Source of the DNA: Octopus vulgaris
Lineage: Eukaryota
NCBI GenBank assembly: GCA_951406725.2
Contig: OX597836.1
Coordinates: 37,634,001 to 37,698,000, forward strand
Direction of reading: 5' to 3'
Length of the DNA: 64,000 bases
This document shows, piece by piece, positions 55,393 through 64,000 of this stretch. The position numbers were made by a program, and so were the translations under genes. Within the stretch, counting starts at the first letter, position 1, and the number at the start of each line of letters is the position of its first letter. The notes below the pieces were generated by a model. That model saw only the letters and a program-made list of their open reading frames with translations. It was not told where the DNA came from and ran no database searches.

Positions 55393-55834
55393 ACTATAAT
55401 GGACGTTATATCCGTCCGTCTGTCTGTGCCTTCTTCACGATCAAACATCTGGCCCAATGGTGACGATGTTTTTCGGGTTTGCGAAGGAGGTAATTAGGAA
55501 GGATTTTAGCGAAATAAAAAATGTGAAAAAGTATGATTATTTAGTGGATATTGAGTTTTGTATTAATAAATCACCTTTGATTTTTTTTTTTTGTTAAAAT
55601 TTCGGTGACAAGGATTAGCTCTGGATTCCCCAATCCCACCCGTATAGTTTGGGCAGATTCCTAAAAATTCCGTTTGCATCTATACATGTCACTTAGTTCC
55701 AAACAAGTCATATAGCTGCAATAGAACGCTCTATCAGCAACAATAATGTGATTTCTCTAAGATATCGCCCAGTAATCTATCAAGTCCATTTACATATTTC
55801 TCAATGCATACTTTTGTTATGACCTCTCTCCCTC

Positions 55835-55873
<39 letters not shown>

Positions 55874-55973
55874 TTTAATAATAAATATTAGGGAATAAAT
55901 CCAAACTTACAGGGAAAAATCAGATTTAGGATTGAATCCAATTTTATATATACATTTATATATATGTATCTGA

Positions 55974-56411
55974 AAGTCAAAACTACTAAAATGAATAAGC
56001 ACATCGTACCGATTGCGAGGGAATGCAACTCTCGAAGCAATCCACTTAAAAATAGAATTCAACTGCAAATCACGTGATTCCATAATTAAAGAGTGCATTT
56101 CTGCATTCTTTAATCATCAGTGCAAGCATAATTGAAGATTTATAACGAATGAACAAAAATCGACATACCAGACGAACAACCAATGTATCCAACGTAGCAT
56201 ATAGAAATGTTCACCCTTTATATGTTGATTTTTGTTCATTCGTTATAAATCTTCAATTATGCTTGCACTGATGATTAAAGAGTGCAGAAATGCACTAATT
56301 GTTAAATCACGTGATTTGCAACTGAATTCTGTTTTTAAGTGGATTGCTTCGAGAGTTGCATTCTCTCGCAATCGGTACGATGTGCTTATTTATTTTGGTA
56401 GTTTTGACTTT
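55974..56411. mobile_element. Fold-back of two ~190-bp Penelope-like terminal repeats, each with a hammerhead-like motif (56064-56124 minus; 56264-56320 plus)
   Basis: Arms 55974-56168 and 56221-56411. Motif tgca-CTGATGA-stem II with GAAA loop-(g/t)(g/a)aa-tcacgtga-tt-tgca. Confidence 0.75.
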
Positions 56412-56659
56412 AATTTCAATTTGTGTTTGACCCCATCACTTGATAAACTATGTTGGTTTGTTTACGTCAAACCAAAAGAGACCAGTAGCATAAATACCAA
56501 ACTTGAAAGGAAGCGGTCGTATCCATTTGTTTGAACAAAATCTTTCGAGATGCGGTACGATAGCATGGCTGCTGTCTTATGAACAAAAGAAGTAAAAGAT
56601 AATAAAAGCATTTATATAGAAAGAGAGGGGGAGACTGACAGACAGAAATAGAGAGGCAG

Positions 56660-57025
56660 AATGACAGTGATGGAAGGAGAAAGGGAGGAGGAAGAGGATG
56701 TTGGGAGGGGAGGAGGGGAGATGAGGAGGAGGAGGAGGAGGAGGAGGAGTGGAGGAGGTGCAGAGGAGCGGGGGAGAGGAGGAGGGGAGGGGATGGAAAG
56801 GAGGGGGAAGGGTGGAGGGTGAGGTGGAGGAGGAGGATGCTGGGAGGGGAGGAGGTTGTGGAGGAGGAGGAAGAGGAGGAGAAGGAGGAGGAGGAAGAGG
56901 AGGAGAAGGAGGAGGAGGGATGGAGAGGTGGTGGAGGAGGAGGAGGAGGAGGAGGAGGAAGATGAGGAGGAGGGGAGGTGGAGGAAGAGAAGAAGAAGAA
57001 GAAGAAGAAGAAGAAGAAGAAGAAA
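56660..57025 (+). repeat. Purine-rich (GGA)n/(GAA)n low-complexity tract
   Basis: Direct reading. Confidence 0.9.
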
Positions 57026-57255
57026 ACAATGATGTGACGACAGCAACGGCAACAAAAACAACAATAACCACAACAACAAACAAACAAGCAAACAGATTAG
57101 AACAAAGGCAGACTAAACTTATTCAATTTATTTGTGGAATTCCATCTTGCAACATAAGGAAAAATAAAAATTTACGAAATATTTTTGGTCAAAGTTTATT
57201 CTTTCCGAGCCTGGCACAAACGTGGCCATGAATATTTTACTTGCAAATACAAGAG

Positions 57256-57474
57256 CAGTGCTTTTCAAACTTTTTGTTGAAGCGGAACCCCAAGGAAACA
57301 TTCCACTGGCTCGAGGAACCCCTGTGCAATAATTTAATAGTCTTATGCACACATATCTGAACAGGAGAATTAAAAATTACTGTCGATTTTAGCAGTTTTG
57401 TAACTTCTCGCGGAACCCCTAGACTGTACTGGCGGAAGCCTAAGGTTCCGCGGAACCCTGGTTGAAAACCACTG
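57256..57474. mobile_element. hAT MITE
   Basis: TIRs cagtgcttttcaa / ttgaaaaccactg. Perfect 8-bp TSD tacaagag at 57248-57255 and 57475-57482. Confidence 0.92.
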
Positions 57475-58638
57475 TACAAGAGACTATGCGATAAAAGAGA
57501 AATGATAAACAGGGGAACGATGGAAGAAGAAAAAGAGAAGTAATAAAAATAGCAATAAATTTACTACAATATTCAGTCAGTAAAACAGATAATTCTGTTA
57601 TAAATCTATTTCGAATTATTGAATATAGTTCTTTCCTTTGCTTAAATCTGTTTGTGTTTTCGTATGTGAAGAAACTATTTCACAAAAGCTGACAGTAATT
57701 TCTGTTGTTTGTAATGTAAATCTATTATTTTCCACTTAAATATTTGTTGATATACGACAATTGGAAAACCTCTTGAAAAAACAAATGCATAAAGTATTCA
57801 TAATCGAGAATAAAAATAATTCGTTTACCATTTTATTTACGTTATGGGAAATTTTGGTTATGATATTTTACTGAATGCTCCATTCATATTCTGAGCAAAA
57901 TCCATATAAATATAAAATTCTCTTTGACATTCATCGTCTGTCACAAATATTATTAACATAAACTTAGATAAACTTAGATATGTTTCGACCAAAGATTGGT
58001 CCAGGCCATGTCTAACTTAATAGCACCACCTGATAGGATTATTCGAATAATCCTTAAGTCAAGTTTTGTTCAAGTAGTGAGTTCTTGTTGGGTGAGTTGT
58101 ATCCAATTATGGGTGGCTTATCTGGTATTCTTTGAAGGAATCTATCCAGACATTCGCAAATGTTAGAGCTACAATGTGCTTACTTAACTAGCTAGTGATA
58201 GCAGCCAAGTCTCCTTCAAATCAACCAGTGTGATACATTATAGTGAGGAAAACAGGACCTTGATTGATTACAAACGTTGTTTATGGAGAAACCATCTAAT
58301 TAAAAATGTACAATATCTAAATTGAGTTTTCAAAGTAGGAAACGAAATATCTTTAGGATAACCATTTTTTGTAAACAATATTGAAGATTATCTATTAAAC
58401 CTTTATTAAGAAGACAACATAACTTTCAATAATTTAGTCATTTAAAAAACACTTCATATAGCATTTATTTTTCTGCAAATGAAAGTAGAAATAAAATTAA
58501 TAACTTACTAATTTTTTCAAGGACTCTGTGTAGTTAAACTGAATAAATTTTATATTCAAAGTGGCATTTTAAATGGACAATTAAAATATAAAATTTTACC
58601 ATCTTATTTTCAGTAAAGCGACAAGTATAGAACTAGTG

Positions 58639-58888
<250 letters not shown>

Positions 58889-59660
58889 AGGCGGCGAGAT
58901 GGCAGAATCATTATTAGCACGGCGGATGAAATGCTTAGCGGTATTTCGCCAGTCACTAAGTTCTGAGTTCTAATTCTGCCGAGGTCGACTTTGCTTTTTA
59001 TCCTTTCGGGGTCGATGAATTAAGTACAAGTGAAACACTGGAGTCGATGTAATCGATTAGTCCCCTCCCCCAAAATTTCAGACCTTGTGCCTATAGTAGA
59101 CAGGATTATTGTCATTATAAAACAAACGTTAATATTGATTTCAAATTTTGTCACAAAGCCAGCAATTTCGGAGGATAGGGGAAACTCGATTATTTCGAAC
59201 CCAGTGCTCAACTGGCACTTATTTTATCGACCCCGAAAGGTTGAAAGGCAAAGTCAACCCGAATCGAATTTGAACTCAGAACGTAGAGATGAACGAAATG
59301 CCGCTACTCGATTAATCCCTTTTTCCCAAACTCTTCTGGCCCTCTGCCTATACTAGAAATTAATATCCATATAGCGTTATGGCATCTCTAGCAGAAACCA
59401 ATATTATATATGTATATATATATATATATAATTATATATATTTTTATTATATATAGGCGGAGAGCTGGCAGAACCGTTATCATGCTGGGATGTTTGCTTA
59501 GCGGCGTTTCGTCCATCTTTATATTCTAATTTCAAATACCGACAAGGTCGGCTTTGTCTTTTATCTTCTGGGATCGATAAAATAAGTACCAGTTGAATAC
59601 TATTGTTGATGCAAACGACTTACCCTTTCCCCCGAATTGCTGGCCTTGTGCCAAAATTAT
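58889..59660. mobile_element. Cluster of three diverged SINE-A copies (58889-59110 +, 59135-59305 -, 59456-59660 +)
   Basis: Shared core with tails ...gaccttgtgcctatagtaga and ...tggccttgtgccaaaatt. Confidence 0.8.
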
Positions 59661-60805
59661 ATATCATTATATAAGTAATTATTATATTAACAGTTTTGTT
59701 TAAAAGTACGTGACCCTGATTTTTTGGCATAAATGCATAAAGACTTTTAACTAAACTAGCTAGCTTCTACATATTTCCGTACAATAGAAAAACAAATTCT
59801 CATTGTGTTTGTTCTAGAGCTGTAACAAAAAAAAGTAAAGAAATGGAATCCTTAAGATTTCTCATTAAAACGAAACAACTTCAATACAATTCATACAGCA
59901 AAAAATTCTCAAGGAAGGAAAGAAAGCATAAGATGGGAAAATAATTGTCTCCGCCCACTTGCAGACATGAATTTTTTTCTTTCCTTGGAATAATTGCATT
60001 GAAAAATGAAATTGTTTTGCAACGCATATACTGTTAACTCAAAAAAATTCACTTGGAAAAAGGAGCCTAATTATTTAATACAAACTTAATCTTTAATAGC
60101 AGCGCGTTGGAAGAATTAGTAGAGCGTCGGATAAACTCCATGTGGTGCGCTACTCACTTGTGTTCCTTTACAGTCTGTGTTCAAATCCCGTTCATCTGTT
60201 GACAGTTATCTTTCTGATGTTGATGTTGTTGTTGTGTAACTCCTAGGTTGGTTCTGACTGAGTGATCCTATGACATGCTGAACGTGCAGGTGCATGGCTT
60301 AGTGGTTAAGACGTTGGATTCGTGTCGTAGGAGTATGGTTTCGATTCCTGGACCGGGTGATACGTTGTGCTCTTGACTTAAGTAAAACACTTCAGTTCAC
60401 ACATCTGGTCAAAATGAAAAATCCCTTCCAGGAAAGAGTATATCAGTAAACGCCAGAGAAACCGGGAAATATGCCCTGTGCTCCTTACGAAGTAATGTGG
60501 ATTAACCATGGCATGCAGACAGTTAGATGGCCGAATGACTGGGAAGTGGCCTACATAACACATATTACAGTTACACCATCTTGCTCTACACTCGCTCTGA
60601 CATTCAATGATGAATCATTTGGATTGCCGTGTCATACTTCTGTCATACTTTACTGTCCAGTCTATTTCAATATATTCTAAGATTCTGCTGCTGACCACAG
60701 TCAAATACTTCAAGGTGCTGCGTTACAATTGTTGTTCTACATTTATTTCATGTACAGCCATTTTTTAATGCTCTCTAATGGCATTTATTGGTGCTGGGAA
60801 AATAC

Positions 60806-61037
60806 CTATTTCTTTACTACCCACAAGGGGCTAAACACAGAGAGGACAAACAAGGACAGACAAACGGATTAAGTTGATTACATCGCTCCCAGTGCGTAAC
60901 TGGTACTTAATTTATCGACCTCGAAAGGATGAAAGGCAAAGTCGACCTCGGCAGAATTTGAACCCAGAGCGTAACGACAGACGAAATACGGCTACGCATT
61001 TCGCCCGGCGCGCTAACGTTTCTGCCAGCTCACCGCC
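60806..61037 (-). mobile_element. SINE family A, full length
   Basis: 12-bp TSD ctgggaaaatac at 60794-60805 and 61037-61048. Confidence 0.92.
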
Positions 61038-61773
61038 TGGGAAAATACTACTATATATGGAAGACTACTTCATTGACTCAATGCTTCCGAGGTTTACAAA
61101 ATAAGTTCCAGTAAATTACAGGGATGCTTTTAATCAAATATTCTCTCTCTAAAATTGTGTGGCTTTGTGCTTATACTGGAAATTCTCTGTTTGGCCTCTA
61201 AAATTATAAGTTGGCGGAAAATGTAGATTAGGTATTTGAAATTCCATGTCCCACACGATTGAGATTTGTCTCTTAAGACACTTAGCTCAAAAGATGTTGC
61301 ATTTAGTCTTTATTCTAGGACAGACTTGACTCAAAAGACCTATGATGAAAGGTATTTTAGCTATGTCTATATCATCTGTTGATTATCTAGAACTGCAATA
61401 TCGAAGGTGTTTTTGCCTTTACTTAAGTCTGCATAGAGGAATGGCAGCTATTTCGTTGAGTTGATCGACCTCATAGAGGTTCCCTCAGTAGCTCGTATAT
61501 CATTTAATTTGTCACTTTGCTATGTTTTAGTAAGTATTCTCAGTATAAGATAACGCCTTAAGAGGGAACAGAGTTAAAGTATTTTATTTCACTGCGGTTG
61601 GTAAACGGATATACACTAAATTCTGGAGAAGAGATTGACTTTGTAATGACTTAAGGCGGAGAACAACCTATTATATACATATATACATACACACGCACAC
61701 ACACATACACACATATACATGCACATAAATAAAACATTATATATATATACATACATTACATATACATATATAA

Positions 61774-61824
<51 letters not shown>

Positions 61825-62148
61825 CATACATATGTTTATATATATATATATGTATGTATATATAAACACACACACATACATGCATCATATGGTAAACAGA
61901 TTGCTATTAAATATGCATATATATATTCTCACGTGTGTGTATGTATGTACATACACGTCTGTTCGTATGTGTGCGTCTATGTGTATGCAAGCGCACCTGT
62001 GTATATGCACGTAAGCATATACGTGTGTTTTTGTAGGGTTGGCTCCTGCGTGCTAAATTGATTTTTCAGTTTATTTGTGAATGTGGAATGGCTAAAGTCA
62101 GCAGATTACTTAAGTTATTTATATTCGTCACTTTTTTGTTTTTTAGTT

Positions 62149-62212
<64 letters not shown>

Positions 62213-62489
62213 TTAATAATATTTCTTGCTAATTCTGACACAAGCCCAACATCTCTGAGGAGAGAGACTGTAAGTTGATTACATCGACGTAGGTGTTAAC
62301 TTGTACTGATTTTATCAACCTCGAAACAATGAAAGGCAAAGTCGACTTTGACAGAATTTAACCCAAGAACGTATAGAATTTCACTGAAGTAAACTTCTCC
62401 GTTCATTCTTTCAGGTGAGCAGTGAGGTCAATGTAATCGACCTTTGCTCCTCCCTTAAAATTTCAGGTATTGTGCCTATAGTAGAAACA

Positions 62490-62623
<134 letters not shown>

Positions 62624-63544
62624 GATTGAGTGAGAGAGCAGCACATGCAATCAAAGTGACACTGGGTTACGAATATACGAAGCCCAATATACCCATCATG
62701 ACTGACCGTCTGGTAAGGATACACCAGGCAATGCATCACAATCATATGTGCGTGACATGATGATTTCATATCAAGATAAACTGCGCGTGACCTTGCAGGT
62801 GGAGTGATGTTTCAATTTTCTCTAGGTCGTGTAGCCCAGTTGACTCAAAAGGTCCCTGAATAAGGGTTGTTTAAGGATGATTAATGAACACATATGTTTC
62901 TAGAGATGCATTATTTAAGCCCCAAATAATTCCTCTAGACAGATGACTATAATGCTTCCCCAGTACTCCTACTCGTGATCAGAGATGCACATATTGTCAG
63001 CCACCAAAGGACATGGTCAACTAGCTAAGGTCAAGCATCTGACAAGCAGATCTGTGGTATTGAGCAGAATATTTGCTGAATCCCATCTTTTATACCAAAG
63101 ACAAAACAAGTACCTGACAATACTTTCACTAAGTTACAATCATCAGAAGCCACGAGGGCCAGTGCCTGGTATTGCATCAGAGCATACCAGAATATTTGCT
63201 ATAGCCCATCTGTTATACCAAGGCAGATGACACTTCCCATCAGTTAAGTTCAGATGCCACGAGGGCCAGCGCTTCGTATTACATCTACTACTACAAGTAC
63301 GAGGGTGTGTCGAAAAGTTCCTGGTTTTGGGTAGAAGAAAATACAAGGAGGATCAGTTTATTATGATATCATTCAACATATTTCCCTCACAAATTTTACT
63401 TCTCAGAGCTCTCGATTTTACTTACTCCGGTTAATTCTGAAAGAGCTGGCAACAATCTGTTGTCAAAGGATTCACAGGGTTTCTTTCCACGATACATAGC
63501 ACCCTAATACCAATCTCAAAATCCTCGCTCTCCCATATAGAGTA

Positions 63545-63910
63545 GTTTGGGAGCAGGTTCTATCCTCATGTCAATTCCATTTTCTCCGATATATATCTCA
63601 AACTTGGCTGTTTGTGCTTCTAATGCTCCTACAACTACAGGGATGATAATTATTCTCTTTATTGTTCATATTCGTACAATTTCATATTTTAGTAGCTGGT
63701 ATTTTTCAATCTTTTCCAGCTCCTTTTTCCCCCAGGAATGGCAATATCTCAAATTTTCGTTTCCTCCTTTTCATCTACCCCAACAATGTCTGGTCTCCGA
63801 GTATCAGTTACTGAGTCAAATTGGATTGTAAAATCCCATAAGATCTTATATTCATTATTTTCAACGATGTTTTCTGGTTTACATTCGTTCCATTTCCGTG
63901 TTCTTTCACG
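63545..63910 (-). pseudogene. R4/Dong-clade LINE endonuclease-domain fragment
   Basis: KPENIVENNEYKILWDFTIQFDSVTDTRRPDIV...KELEKIEKYQLL...PVVVGAL. Confidence 0.85.
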
Positions 63911-64000
63911 ACCGTTCCACTCACTCTTCTTTGAAGATTATTATAACTTTTTATCACAGGCTTTGTAGGATTCCTGGAGTCTTGCATGCGTAGCGGGCTT

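Noticed and set aside
62625-63280. Repeat-like sequence abutting (TTA)n
   Set aside because: Probably a retroelement 3' region, but it is single-copy in this window with no diagnostic motif.

Overview
Eukaryotic, AT-rich, repeat-dense window with no convincing host protein-coding gene. The SINE repertoire and the (TA)n/(CA)n/(GATA)n/(AAT)n density resemble an octopus (coleoid cephalopod) genome; this is inference. The main element is an apparently full-length ~6.15 kb Tx1/L1-type non-LTR retrotransposon (17917-24070, minus). It has ORF1 with a CCHC knuckle and ORF2 with APE, RT and a zinc finger, each broken by a single 1-nt frameshift in an A-run, and it sits inside a (GATA)n microsatellite. 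Its last ~43 nt are ~80% identical to the 3' tail of the most abundant tRNA-type SINE here (SINE-A). A CUUGU-loop hairpin with covarying stems recurs in three SINE tail variants and in the LINE 5'UTR, suggesting a LINE-SINE partnership. The rest is layered fossils: three or four SINE families, R4/Dong fragments, Penelope-like fragments with hammerhead-like motifs and fold-back structures, Helitrons (two head-to-head pairs), a hAT transposase pseudogene with nested inserts, mariner/pogo/hAT MITEs, a TTAGGG-bearing MITE and tRNA pseudogenes. Family names come from motif recognition by eye; no database search was possible.
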